Source: an uncultured Thermoguttaceae bacterium
Lineage (GTDB): Bacteria; Planctomycetota; Planctomycetia; Pirellulales; Thermoguttaceae
DNA: 64,000 nucleotides
NCBI GenBank assembly: GCA_938084835.1
Contig: CALKER010000017.1
Coordinates: 88,949 to 152,948 of the forward strand
Direction of reading: 5' to 3'
The notes beneath the pieces were generated by a model. It searched no databases, was not told the origin of the DNA, and saw nothing but the letters and a program-made list of their open reading frames with translations. The position numbers and the translations under genes are program-made. Shown here in pieces: positions 53,050 to 63,539 of the stretch; the stretch's first letter is position 1; every line of letters begins with the position of its first letter.

Positions 53050-53673
53050 TCACCCCCCGCAACCCTCGAACGTTCCCTGCATTTGCCCGAAAGGTATTCT
53101 TTCTGCGATACGGAATACGTCGTCGGGTGGCTCGTTGCGCCAAATGAGGGCTACGTCCCTTACCGCAAAATGTAAAGGTTTCCATTGCTCGACAAGCTTG
53201 GCGAGAACGCTATTTCGTTGACCATCTCCTCGGATCTGTCCGACACTCAGATGAGGCCGGAAGGGGAAACGGAAAGAGGGCTCTTCCGCCCGAATCCCTA
53301 AGGCACACAGAACTGTGGTATGAAGCCTCATTAAGCGCTCGGCCGGCTCGGGAGCAAGCCACATCGTATACTTGCCCCCGCCGTGATCAAACACATTAAA
53401 TTCCTTTAGGGTCAGGAAGAAAGGCCGGGTTTCGCATAAAGCCATACGCAAAACGTTGGCGGCATCGGCGAATTTTTCCCGCGGCCAAAAAGGGTAAACA
53501 AGCGTGATATGGGGCATCCATCGGCGAACCTTTTCATCATATTTTACCCGAATCGCCTGGATCGGGGGCCACACTTCCTCGGGTGGAATGATAACAATCG
53601 CCGATGTGTACACAAATCGGTCAGACCTCATGAAAGTCAGCCGTTTGGCAGAACCATCACTTCGAGCTTCCAA
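53050..53673 (-). CDS. 2H phosphoesterase superfamily protein (LigT/ThpR 2'-5' RNA ligase-like)
   Basis: Two H-x-T/S-x motifs at the expected spacing: PHITLVYPF and PHLSVGQI. Confidence 0.55.
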   Translation of the reverse strand: MEARSDGSAKRLTFMRSDRFVYTSAIVIIPPEEVWPPIQAIRVKYDEKVRRWMPHITLVYPFWPREKFADAANVLRMALCETRPFFLTLKEFNVFDHGGGKYTMWLAPEPAERLMRLHTTVLCALGIRAEEPSFRFPFRPHLSVGQIRGDGQRNSVLAKLVEQWKPLHFAVRDVALIWRNEPPDDVFRIAERIPFGQMQGTFEGCGG

Positions 53674-53815
53674 CTTTAGCCTGTTAGTTACCCCGAACCG
53701 TCTCCCTCACCGCGAGCCTTTAGCCTTGAAGACGATCTTTCTTTCCCCTTGATCGGTCACGTCGCACCGAGAAAACAGCCCGCAAGTTTAGCCGGGAAGC
53801 TCAACGGCTTTCCCT

Positions 53816-54826
53816 TTATGCAATATGGGGACGATGTCGCTCCACTATTTCCGTCATCGCTGTTATATCTGCCGGCTCCAAGAGCACGTCACCCGCCCGA
53901 GCATTTTCTTCCACTTGTTCCGGTGTCCGGGCTCCGCAGAGAGCATGTGTGATGCCCGGCTGAGCGATCGTCCACGCGATTACCAGTTGTCCCAAGGTTA
54001 AACCGTACTTTTCCGCGAAAGGCCGAAACTCGTCGAGCATTGCCTGAATTTTTACTCGGTTCTCCCGAGCGAACCGTGGTTTTGTGCGTCGTTGATCTCC
54101 TTCGGGAAACTCCCGTTCTGGCGGCACCCGCCCCGTCAAAAGCCCCTGCGCCAACGGAGAGTAGGCAAGAATGGCGATATTTGCCCGCCGGCAATACTCC
54201 GCCAAGCCACTTTGAACGATGTCGGGATCTAGCATGCTAAATTTTTCTTGAGTGGAATCCACCGGCCCCAACTTCCTGTATCGTTCCAGTAGCTCGATGC
54301 TTACGTTGGAGGTGCCAATGGCGCGAATTTTGCCCTCCTCTTTGAGCCTTAACAGACAAGCCATCGTATCCTCTACCGGAGTAGTGGAATCGGGCCAATG
54401 CGTTTGGTAAAGGTCGATATAGTCCGTCTGCAACCGTCGAAGACTTTCCTCGATTTCACGCCGGATCGACTCCGGCTTCAGGCACCGATAAATCTTGTAA
54501 GGCCCCGGGCCTTGGCTGATATTACGGTCATCGGCAAAAAAGAAGAATTCTCCCTCTTCCCGATCTTTGATTAAGCCACATTTGGTAGCTAAAACCACCT
54601 TGTCGCGGCGATCTTTAATAGCCCGCCCAATCACCTCTTCCGAGCGCCCATACCCATACATCGGAGCTGTGTCGATAAGGTTCATTCCTAAATCGATGGC
54701 CCGATGGATCGCCGCGATAGATTGCTGGTCATCGGCGCCGCCCCACATCCATCCCCCAATCGCCCAAGCTCCAAGGCCTACCACTGATGCCTCGATCCCC
54801 GATTGACCCAATGGCCGCGTCCTCAT
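53816..54826 (-). CDS. Aldo/keto reductase (cytoplasmic)
   Basis: MRTRPLGQSGIEASVVGLGAWAIGG N-terminus typical of AKRs. Catalytic-tetrad context (D...Y...K...H) with IDTAPMYG and LYQTHWPD motifs. The start is set at the internal Met. Confidence 0.85.
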   Translation of the reverse strand: MRTRPLGQSGIEASVVGLGAWAIGGWMWGGADDQQSIAAIHRAIDLGMNLIDTAPMYGYGRSEEVIGRAIKDRRDKVVLATKCGLIKDREEGEFFFFADDRNISQGPGPYKIYRCLKPESIRREIEESLRRLQTDYIDLYQTHWPDSTTPVEDTMACLLRLKEEGKIRAIGTSNVSIELLERYRKLGPVDSTQEKFSMLDPDIVQSGLAEYCRRANIAILAYSPLAQGLLTGRVPPEREFPEGDQRRTKPRFARENRVKIQAMLDEFRPFAEKYGLTLGQLVIAWTIAQPGITHALCGARTPEQVEENARAGDVLLEPADITAMTEIVERHRPHIA

Positions 54827-55403
54827 AATCGCCTCTCCACCATTGATTTTCGCCAAAGAGTCCCAAACCTAAGATTCCTTTTGGTCTCACCTTTGGGTGG
54901 GGTGTTGACCGGACCATGTCTTTCCTAAATCCCATCGGGGTAAGCCCCAAAAACTATGGGACCCTCCCTCAAAGCACATACCCATTTCAGCTGTCCAATC
55001 CCCCGGGCCGAAACCCTCATGGCGGCGTCTCCCTAGCTTAACTTTGGAGCGGGAGCAGCCAATGTGACGTTTGCGAATATCTCGGGTAAAGTCCTTGGCA
55101 CCTTCCGATCGCTTCAAATACCCTAACCCGAGAAGAACCATACCGAAGTTCATCTACGGGCTTAAGTATCGGCTTCCTGAGGAATATCCCCCGATTCCGG
55201 TTTTTGTGCCGAAGAAATGTTACAAACCCATCCGGCATTTGCAAGTGACTCGGCGGTCCGTAAAATGAAATCAATTTTAGACTTTATTATGCCAGTGCGG
55301 CCGATCGCTTCGCATCCACATAATTTGGAGATTCGACCGCTTCGGTGCTGATATCCTCGGGAAGTACTCCGGGAGTAAATCCTCAGAAAAAGGAGAACGA
55401 CAC

Positions 55404-56282
55404 ATGCGGAATATTTCGCGTCGCGATTTCTTCCGAGGGACCGCCGCTCTTGCTAGTGCTGGGCTGTTCACCCACCAATTGGCTGCCGGGAGCCAAAATC
55501 CTTTGCGCGTTACCTCCGGGACCGACATGGTTCCCCTCGGCAATACCGGCTTAAAAACCTCAGTGCTGGGAATCGGAACCGGAACTAACGGCGGTCGGCA
55601 GCAGCGGGAGCTCGGCACAGAAGGCTTCACGCGGTTGCTTCGGCACGCTTATGAGCGAGGAATTCGTTATATCGATACTGCCGATAACTACATGATGCAT
55701 ATCTACATCCGGCAAGCCATGCAGAAACTCCCACGAGATCAGTTCTTCCTCCTCACTAAGACCCGGGCGCGCCACCCGGAGGTAGCGCGGGCGGATATCG
55801 AGCGTTTCCGACGGGAACTAAACACCGACTATTTGGACTGTGTCCTACTGCACTGCATGACAACTGGCAATTTTCCCACGGAAATGCGCCCGGTGCTCGA
55901 TGTGCTCTTGGCGGAAAAAGCCAAGGGGCGGATACGTTCCGTAGGCGTATCCTGCCACGGGTATGAGCCCCTTGTGGCCAGCGTGGATTGCCCCGACTTG
56001 GATATTCACTTAGTTCGCATAAATCCTTATCAATTGCATATGGATGAAACTCCCCAAAATGTCATCGCGGAAATGCGTAAAATGGCGGAAAAAGGGCGAG
56101 GTGTCTTAGGAATGAAGATCTTCGGGGAAAATGGGTACGATAGCCGTCAAAAACGGCTCGAGGCCCTCAAGCTTGCGTTAAGTCTCGGATGTGTTCATGC
56201 GTTCACAATCGGCTTTGTCTCGACGACACAGATCGACGAAACGCTCGAACTGATTGAAGAGGCGGCAAAAAGTCTCGGTTGA
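55404..56282 (+). CDS. Aldo/keto reductase with twin-arginine (Tat) signal peptide
   Basis: N-terminus MRNISRRDFFRGTAALASAGLF is a Tat signal (SRRDFFRG). AKR motifs follow (GIGTGTNGG, IRYIDTADNY, LDCVLLHCM). Confidence 0.85.
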   Translation: MRNISRRDFFRGTAALASAGLFTHQLAAGSQNPLRVTSGTDMVPLGNTGLKTSVLGIGTGTNGGRQQRELGTEGFTRLLRHAYERGIRYIDTADNYMMHIYIRQAMQKLPRDQFFLLTKTRARHPEVARADIERFRRELNTDYLDCVLLHCMTTGNFPTEMRPVLDVLLAEKAKGRIRSVGVSCHGYEPLVASVDCPDLDIHLVRINPYQLHMDETPQNVIAEMRKMAEKGRGVLGMKIFGENGYDSRQKRLEALKLALSLGCVHAFTIGFVSTTQIDETLELIEEAAKSLG

Positions 56283-56900
56283 CATCCTAGTTATGACTTA
56301 AGGCCTGCGAACGGTGAATTAAGCCGTGGGTCCTGCGTGCGAAGTATTACTGGCCGCTAAGCGAGTCCGAAAAGGTTTGCTCCAACAACCACGTGTCGGG
56401 AAGTGGCTAGTAGACCCAAGTTGATAAGCCGTTATGCTCGTCCCCTGCGAGGCGGGAAATTTCACGATAAATCGCAGCCCCCGGTAAGCGTACGCGAAGG
56501 CTCCGCGCTGCATGGAAACGCTAATTCACTCTGTCGTGAGCCCGCAGAGTGGATCAGTAGCACAATTAAACCGCGCAAACCTCCTAAGGTTAGTTGCCGT
56601 CAAGGGCCTCAAATTATCGCCCGCTTACGGCCGCTTGGTTACTAATAATTTTCTTGCGGCAGAGGACGAAGTTATTCTCCCAGTTTATTCTCTCAGGGTT
56701 AGATGCGGTGTTTTATCCCAAGCAGCAAAAATTGGGCATGTGGCGGCAAAAAAGTGTTTCAGCTTTTCTCCACCTGAGGAAGAAGGCAGATTTTTTCGGC
56801 TTGCAGTATCAAAGCAATTCCTAAAGGATTTCGGTGGCACTCAACAGTCCTTGCTACACCAACATTTGTTGGGGTTTATCAATACGGATCCATCGATTAA

Positions 56901-58355
56901 TTGTGGATGGTGGCGACCAAACAGCCAGCGGCAAAAGGCTTGTCCCACATGTCACCTTGGTTTCCTTGCACCGCTTGGCGCCTCCCTCTTATGACGTGCC
57001 TTGTCCGGAGGAAGTATCTTGTCATTGCGGCGTGCACCGTTCTAGGGATTGCTGGGAATTCGCGCGTTTTGCCTTCGCCACAACATCTGGCTGCTAGCCA
57101 GGATTTCTCCCCAGCCGCAAATGCTTCCCTGGGTGAGATGGGGGATTTACCCATTCCTGACGACGAGCTCGTGGTGGGTCAATGGGTCGCGCAAATAGGT
57201 GGACGAATCCTTCTCGATCAATTCGGTGGTTACCGTCATATCGTAGCGGTGAACCTTGCCGGCACTTTGGTTGGGGATCCAGACATCGTCCGGCTGAGGG
57301 AGCTAAAGAAGCTGCGCCATCTTGAGTTAGCTTACACTAAAGTGGGGGACCTAGGGTTGGCGGTTATCAATGACTTTCTCGAGTTGGAAGATCTCGGACT
57401 AGCCTCCACCCGGGTGACCGATGCAGGACTTCCCCTTCTTGCACCACTACCCCGACTGAGGAAATTAAACTTGGAGGCCACGACGATAAGCGACGTAGGT
57501 ATTGCGCGCCTTGCCGCAGCGGGACACCCCTATCGGCCTTTTGCGTTAAAAGAACTTTATCTGGGCCGCACTCGAGTAGGGGACGCGGCCATCCAACTCT
57601 TGAAGCACTTCCCTCATCTTCGGGTGCTAGATGTGAAGTTTACCCGTCTTACTGACTTAGGCACGAAGGCACTTTGTGAGCTTAAGAGCCTTCGCTCCCT
57701 GAATCTTCTCGGCACGCAGGTGAGCGATGCTGCGGTGGCGAAAATCTTGGAAACTGGCCTTTTCGAGGAGTTTTATGCTCCCGCTACCTTTAGCTCGGAT
57801 AGCCTCGAAGCCCTCCTGGGGAACGAGAATCTTCAATATTTAGGACTGATGGGAACCTCCGTGGACGACGCTGCAATCGAGAAACTTGCGAGCTTGAAAC
57901 GCCTCAAGGGCCTAAACTTGGCCGGCACCCAAATCTCGGACCAAGGGCTTGCGCCTCTTGCAACGCTTCCCCACCTGGAAATGCTCGACCTCAGTGCCAC
58001 TCGTGTCACCGCCGAAGGGCTATGCCACTTCAAAGGAAATCGGAATCTCAAAATTTTAGAGCTCCGCCAAACAGCCGTTGACGACGCGGCGATCGATGTT
58101 TTTCTCTCTCTGCCCGCTCTAGAGATGCTGGGGCTATCGGAAACTAAAATCACCGGCAAGGGGTTTGGTCAATTGTCCTCCACGTGTCAAGTACGCCATC
58201 TTGTGCTTCGAGGTACTGTGCTTTCCCAAGGTGCCGTTGATGAACTAAGTCATTTAAAAACGCTCCAGTTTCTAGATATCTCTGAATCAAACCTCGACGA
58301 TGCGGCGGTGCAAAGACTGCGAAAACTTCTTCCGGGAACTCAGATCATTCGCTAG
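56901..58355 (+). CDS. Leucine-rich repeat protein (RNI-like/internalin-like LRRs), secreted
   Basis: About 15 tandem LRRs of roughly 24-26 aa (LxxLxLxxTxVxDxGLxxL...). The start is probably at the internal MTCLVRRKYLVIAACTVLGIAG (signal peptide) near 56991. Confidence 0.7.
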   Translation: MWMVATKQPAAKGLSHMSPWFPCTAWRLPLMTCLVRRKYLVIAACTVLGIAGNSRVLPSPQHLAASQDFSPAANASLGEMGDLPIPDDELVVGQWVAQIGGRILLDQFGGYRHIVAVNLAGTLVGDPDIVRLRELKKLRHLELAYTKVGDLGLAVINDFLELEDLGLASTRVTDAGLPLLAPLPRLRKLNLEATTISDVGIARLAAAGHPYRPFALKELYLGRTRVGDAAIQLLKHFPHLRVLDVKFTRLTDLGTKALCELKSLRSLNLLGTQVSDAAVAKILETGLFEEFYAPATFSSDSLEALLGNENLQYLGLMGTSVDDAAIEKLASLKRLKGLNLAGTQISDQGLAPLATLPHLEMLDLSATRVTAEGLCHFKGNRNLKILELRQTAVDDAAIDVFLSLPALEMLGLSETKITGKGFGQLSSTCQVRHLVLRGTVLSQGAVDELSHLKTLQFLDISESNLDDAAVQRLRKLLPGTQIIR

Positions 58356-58774
58356 CTGTGGCAGCTGTCTTGTTAACAGGCGTGAACGGTCTCCCCGCAA
58401 ACTTCAGTAGCATGTTGCGGAAATACCCCCAGGCAGAACAAAGGGAAGCTTTAAAGGAAAATGGGCGACCTTGAAAGCCGCTCGGCGCTGCGAAAAATTC
58501 TTGCCCACTCCTGCGGAAACCTTCCGTGCGCTACTCCATAGCCCCTGGCAACATATAAAATTCTGTCCACCAGCATCTAACCTGCGCTTTGTGTCAAAAG
58601 GCGCTACTTGTGCGATGCAACTTCCTCAAGTAGCCTTTTTATTCAAAGCGAAGGCTCAACCTCGTGGCCAGGAAAGCTCCTAGATGCGTCCCGAGGTGAA
58701 AAGGTGCTTATCATCAGGGAAACAAGGCCGACAGATCGAGTTTGTCAACACAATTCAAGGGTTGAGAAGAGCGA

Positions 58775-60052
58775 ATGGTACGGAGACCTCAGGATTCAGA
58801 TTTAGAACAGTGGCGCGTTGTTATTACCGGTGTTGGACTAACATGTCCTCTCGGAAACTCGCTGCGAGAGTTTCGGGCGGGACTTTTAGCCGGGCGTAGC
58901 GGGATTCAAAAATATGAAATCCGCTATTTCGGACCGACCTTGGCGGGCGTTTGTCACTTCGACGAAAACAAGTATCAGCGAGCTAAAGAGCGCCGGCGGG
59001 GAACCCGGGCGGGAAGTATTGCCATCTTTTGTTCCCAGGAAGCCGTGCGTGATGCGGGCCTTGATTGGTCAACAATCGATCGGTCCCGCGTGGGAGTGTA
59101 CATTGGTGTCACCGAACATGGCAACGTGGAAACGGAAAATGAGATCTACATCCTCAGCCAATACAATTATGACCTTCAGGTGTGGAGCCACTACCATAAT
59201 CCGCGTACGGTGGCCAATAATCCCGCCGGAGAGGTGACGCTGAATATGGGGATCACGGGACCGCACTACTGCTTAGGGGCGGCTTGCGCGGCGGGAAATG
59301 TGGGCATTATTCATGGTGTTCAAATGCTGCGGCTGAGAGAAGTGGATCTGGCGTTGGCTGGTGGTGTTTCCGAAAGCATTCACACGTTTGGGATTTTCGC
59401 TAGCTTTCGTAGCGAAGGAGCACTGGCATGGCACGAGGATCCCACTAAGGCCTCCCGGCCATTCGACCGCGACCGAAACGGCATCGTCGTTTCCGAGGGG
59501 GGATGCATGTTTGTGCTCGAAAGGCTAGGAGATGCCCTCCGGCGTGGGGCGCGAATTTACGGGGAAATCATCGGCTATGCCATCAACAGCGATGCCTACG
59601 ATTACGTTCTCCCCCTCCCGGAACGTCAGGTGGAGTGCATCCAGCGGGCGCTGGAGCAAGCACACCTGGAACCAGAAGATGTGGACATCGTGAGCACCCA
59701 TGCCACGGGCACTCAAACTGGCGACGCTCTCGAATGTCGCGCGCTACGCACCATCTGGCCCAAACCAGGACGGACCCGGTTTAATAACACCAAAAGTTTC
59801 ATCGGTCATGCTATGGGAGCCGCCGCCGCTCTCGAACTGGCAGGTAATTTACCCTCGTTCCAAGATCATATCTGTCATCCCACGATCAACATCGATCAGC
59901 TTGATCCCGAATGTGAGTTGCCCGGCCTTGTCATCAACAAACCTGAAAAGCTTCCAAAGATTCGCACAATCCTCAACGTTTCGTTCGGGATGCTAGGGAT
60001 CAATTCCGCTGTTGTTGTCCGAATGTGGCCTCCAGACAACAAGAGCTTATGA
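58775..60052 (+). CDS. Beta-ketoacyl-[ACP] synthase I/II family (FabF/FabB-like KAS)
   Basis: Active-site Cys context GPHYCLGAACAAGN, catalytic His motifs HATGTQTGD and KSFIGHAMGAAAA, and the thiolase fold throughout. Confidence 0.88.
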   Translation: MVRRPQDSDLEQWRVVITGVGLTCPLGNSLREFRAGLLAGRSGIQKYEIRYFGPTLAGVCHFDENKYQRAKERRRGTRAGSIAIFCSQEAVRDAGLDWSTIDRSRVGVYIGVTEHGNVETENEIYILSQYNYDLQVWSHYHNPRTVANNPAGEVTLNMGITGPHYCLGAACAAGNVGIIHGVQMLRLREVDLALAGGVSESIHTFGIFASFRSEGALAWHEDPTKASRPFDRDRNGIVVSEGGCMFVLERLGDALRRGARIYGEIIGYAINSDAYDYVLPLPERQVECIQRALEQAHLEPEDVDIVSTHATGTQTGDALECRALRTIWPKPGRTRFNNTKSFIGHAMGAAAALELAGNLPSFQDHICHPTINIDQLDPECELPGLVINKPEKLPKIRTILNVSFGMLGINSAVVVRMWPPDNKSL

Positions 60053-60147
60053 TCTTGTTTACAAAGTCTTTTCCGATTAGAAGGAGGAAGGTTATCACCT
60101 GGAACGGGATTGGCTTACCTGCCCGGGCGTCTGGTGGCCTAAAGGCC

Positions 60148-61335
60148 CTAACGAGTGATTGTAGCCGGCGACCCCATGGCCGGCGGGACAGATAAAATGG
60201 CTGGTCCGTTTAGACCTCCGGGGACATCCTCCGCCCAAACTGGGCCCGGCAGGGAAGTTGATCCGGTGCCAAAGTCCGGAGGGATAAATGGCCCCGGTGG
60301 AGGCAATCCGGAAAGATGATCCGAACCACCAGGCCCAAGTGGCCCCAGAGAAATCGAAGCACCCGGGGAAGCGCCATGCGTGCCGGTAAGGGCCTCAAGC
60401 CACTGTCGGGCTGCCTCCAGCTTCGGGTTATGGTCCAAAGCCTGTTGGAAATAAACATACGCCAACCCCACATCTCCCTTCCGATAGGCGAGGTAGCCAA
60501 GGTTATAACAGGCCGAGGCCGGGTCCTGCACCACCTGAAGGTGTTCTAGCGCCTGCTGCGGTTGCCCCAACTCAAGCATTATTACCGCCATGTTTGTGCG
60601 ATAAAGCCAACGCCGCGGCTGAAGGCGGATGGCCTCCTCCATCAATCGAGCCGCCTGGCCCAGATTTCCCCGCCGTGCTTGGAATAAAGCAAAATCGTTG
60701 TAAACAGCAGGCTCCCGGGGATGAGCGGCTAAAGCCCGCCGATAGAGTGCGGCCGCAGCCTCAACTTCTCCCAACCGGTCCTTGAGCCGAGCATATCCCA
60801 GCAGCGACTCTAAGTGGGTAGGCGCAATATGGAGGGCCTGCTGGTAGTACTGCTCGGCCTCGTCGAAGCGGCCTCGTTGTTCCGCCAAGCGAGCCAAGGC
60901 CTCGTAAAGTTGCGGACTAGGTTTTGCGGGCCGGCTGAGTGAGATAGCGTCGGCCTTAAACGCGGGCTCAGTCCGGGGAAGATCGCCACCCCGGAAATAA
61001 CCCGCGAATTTCTCCGCGGAACTCCTTAACGGCTGGGTCAGGCGCGCCCACCACCCTTGGTTCCCCGACGGATTCCCCAAGTTTGTCGCCGGCAGCTGGA
61101 CAAAAATTACGCTTCCGGTTGTCGTGGCACCTAAAGCACTGAGAGTTGTTGAATCATTCAAGTGCTTATTTAAGTAATAAATGGGTACCCTGCTCGGCGA
61201 TTTTTCACCTTTTAGAACACGATCTTTATTCATGCACAAGAAGTCCGTCGCTGACCGGGCAATCAATGGTCCGGTGGCACAAAAAGCCTGGACGACCCCT
61301 AGAAGAAAAATGCACCCAAACCGGACTATTGGCAT
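60148..61335 (-). CDS. Tetratricopeptide-repeat (TPR) protein with N-terminal signal or anchor
   Basis: 395 aa with multiple TPR units (AEQYYQQALHIAP, AAALYRRALAAHP, AARLMEEAIRLQP, AYVYFQQALDHNP). Confidence 0.7.
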   Translation of the reverse strand: MPIVRFGCIFLLGVVQAFCATGPLIARSATDFLCMNKDRVLKGEKSPSRVPIYYLNKHLNDSTTLSALGATTTGSVIFVQLPATNLGNPSGNQGWWARLTQPLRSSAEKFAGYFRGGDLPRTEPAFKADAISLSRPAKPSPQLYEALARLAEQRGRFDEAEQYYQQALHIAPTHLESLLGYARLKDRLGEVEAAAALYRRALAAHPREPAVYNDFALFQARRGNLGQAARLMEEAIRLQPRRWLYRTNMAVIMLELGQPQQALEHLQVVQDPASACYNLGYLAYRKGDVGLAYVYFQQALDHNPKLEAARQWLEALTGTHGASPGASISLGPLGPGGSDHLSGLPPPGPFIPPDFGTGSTSLPGPVWAEDVPGGLNGPAILSVPPAMGSPATITR

Positions 61336-62006
61336 ACGACGGTCACTTACTCACAGGCGCTGAGAGCCCCGAAAAGTTGATTTCCTCAGAAAACTACTCC
61401 CTCTTACTCCCTCTGCCTTATCCCTCCTTAGGAAGGCCCCTTGAGACTGACGCCCAGGCGCCGAGTCTCCCTCGCGAGATACTCCTAATCCCCGAGTGCC
61501 GGGACCCATTTCGACTAGTCTGCGGAAAACTGGCAATTCCCAAACCGCTTTTCCTTTCGAGGATGAAAGGGGGCGACAATTGCCTCGGGCCAGCCGCAAA
61601 AAAACTCCCGCGAATTCCTACTGATGAGACCCCAAGCGAAAGGCTTAGCCCAACTCACTGCCGGCTTCACCGTTTCAAGCCAACTTAGAAGCCTCGGTGC
61701 GAAACTTTGCCAGGCCAAAAGCCGGACCCGGAATGTCGGCGGAGACGATATCGCGACGGAGTATGTCGGGCTTGGGTCCTTAAATCGGCACCGGTCCGAT
61801 GAAACTTTATTTTTTGGAAATCTGAGGATCAAACTTCGCTTCTCGGAAAATTTAGGCCGAAAAGAATAAGCTCCCCCGGATGCATCCCAAGGTTTGAATA
61901 CCCCTACAAGATAAATCCCTCCGGCAGGCAACGTGACCTAAGCCCGGCCGTACTACTGCCACCTTAACTTATGGCTACCGTCGGTTTTCGATTGTACATC
62001 CCGAAG

Positions 62007-62726
62007 TTATGGCGAGCTTACCTGCAGTGGCTGGTAGGCCGGCAGCCGAGGGGTGGGTGCGGTCTCGAGAAATTTCTTATGAACGTAATCGAGTTCCTTG
62101 CCCGAAGCCCAGACTGGAGGACTATCCGTAACGACCACTGTGGGAACCATTCCGCCAGGTGCCCAGCTTTGGAGGAACGATTGCACCGCAGCAACCCGTC
62201 GTTGGGCTAAGCTTTGGTCGGGAGAGTAGACAAAAATAATCTTTCGAGAGGTAGGCTGGCGCGTGACGATCCCTATGATTTTTTCCTTGCCCGCCTCGGA
62301 AAGCTGATCTCTGCCATCAACAAAATGAGGATCGGAGAGGATGTTCTGCCGTAGCCAGCCCTCGTTCGTTATCTGCCTGAATGCTTCAGGAACCACTGCC
62401 CGATCCATCTTCACCATGGGATAGGGCCATCGGCAATTCAACTGATAAGTGCACACGAACCAGTGCCAGGCACCCGCTATCGGGCGCCAAAGCCATGTGA
62501 CTGGTCCGGCCGTGGGGTGTGGCACCTCGCAAAAATCACAGGAGTCCACACAATTCTCCCCTTGCGCTCCTTCTTGTGCCATCGCTATCGTCACTCCCCC
62601 GGAGGCCGCCCAAAACAGAAAGACGGAGCCGACACAGCAAAAATAGTTACAAAGTGACCTTATAAGCGCACCTCGAGAGGCACCTGTCGAACGACAACTT
62701 CTGGTAAATCCCTGGTTTGACTGCAT
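62007..62726 (-). CDS. Hypothetical Cys/Trp-rich protein
   Basis: 239-aa ORF. The N-terminal region is rich in C and W (CDFCEVPHP...WHWFVCTYQLNCRWPYP). No family recognised. Confidence 0.4.
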   Translation of the reverse strand: MQSNQGFTRSCRSTGASRGALIRSLCNYFCCVGSVFLFWAASGGVTIAMAQEGAQGENCVDSCDFCEVPHPTAGPVTWLWRPIAGAWHWFVCTYQLNCRWPYPMVKMDRAVVPEAFRQITNEGWLRQNILSDPHFVDGRDQLSEAGKEKIIGIVTRQPTSRKIIFVYSPDQSLAQRRVAAVQSFLQSWAPGGMVPTVVVTDSPPVWASGKELDYVHKKFLETAPTPRLPAYQPLQVSSP

Positions 62727-63147
62727 TTCTCAGCTCCACAGGTTACCGAACAAGTTTCGGAGTGGGAAAAGTGTGGGGTGGCCCCCGGTTGTCATCTTGG
62801 CGAAATCACGATCGCACCGGATGAGGCAAAGCTAGTTCGGGTGACTGCCTTTAAAAATTACTCGCATCTGCTTAAATCACGTGAATTTGCCTATTGGTTA
62901 TAGCCTCCAAAACTTCAACCGATTTTCCTCAGCCAGAATTGCAACGATCAACCAAAAAATCTTTCACAACCCCACTTCGTTGTGGCGTGCAAATTGTCAG
63001 GGAAGGCATTTATTCCACGGTAAGAATCGGCCAAATCTATTAAAGAACTCCGAAATAAAATCGGCGATTGTGAACTGGAGTATTCTTTCGGAGCCCTCAA
63101 GCCGTTCCGCCGATCGTCGTGCCGATTCATCTCATCACTCATCTGCC

Positions 63148-63193
63148 GCTTGAGCTCATATCGCAATTGCTGCTTGAGCTCATGGTGCAATTT
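63148..63193. repeat. Two-copy tandem repeat, 22-nt core with 24-nt period
   Basis: GCTTGAGCTCATATCGCAATTG at 63148-63169 and GCTTGAGCTCATGGTGCAATTT at 63172-63193. Confidence 0.7.
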
Positions 63194-63502
63194 TGGAGGT
63201 TTTTGGCAGCAAACTTGGCACTCAGACACGCCCAAACTTGGGGGACCAGGAAACCAGCGGCGACACTTTTCAAAGACGATACTTTTTTCAAATCGGAATA
63301 GCCTCGCGAGCACAGAATGTCATAGGTCCGAGATCCGTGACGGACCCTTACAAGATTGGTTCTGTCCGACAATTAATAACACGTCAGATGGGTATAATAC
63401 CACCACATATATTCCGCCTTTTAACCCCTCGACAACCCCCCAATAACTTTCGGACAAGCGCGGAAAAGTGAATCTGGTAACTTTGCACAGGGTTTATGCG
63501 TC

Positions 63503-63539
63503 GTTTACCCCAAGCGTTTTTGTTTACCCCAAGCGTTTT
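63503..63539. repeat. Two-copy perfect tandem repeat GTTTACCCCAAGCGTTTT with 19-nt period
   Basis: The 18-mer occurs at 63503-63520 and again at 63522-63539, separated by a single T. Confidence 0.8.
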
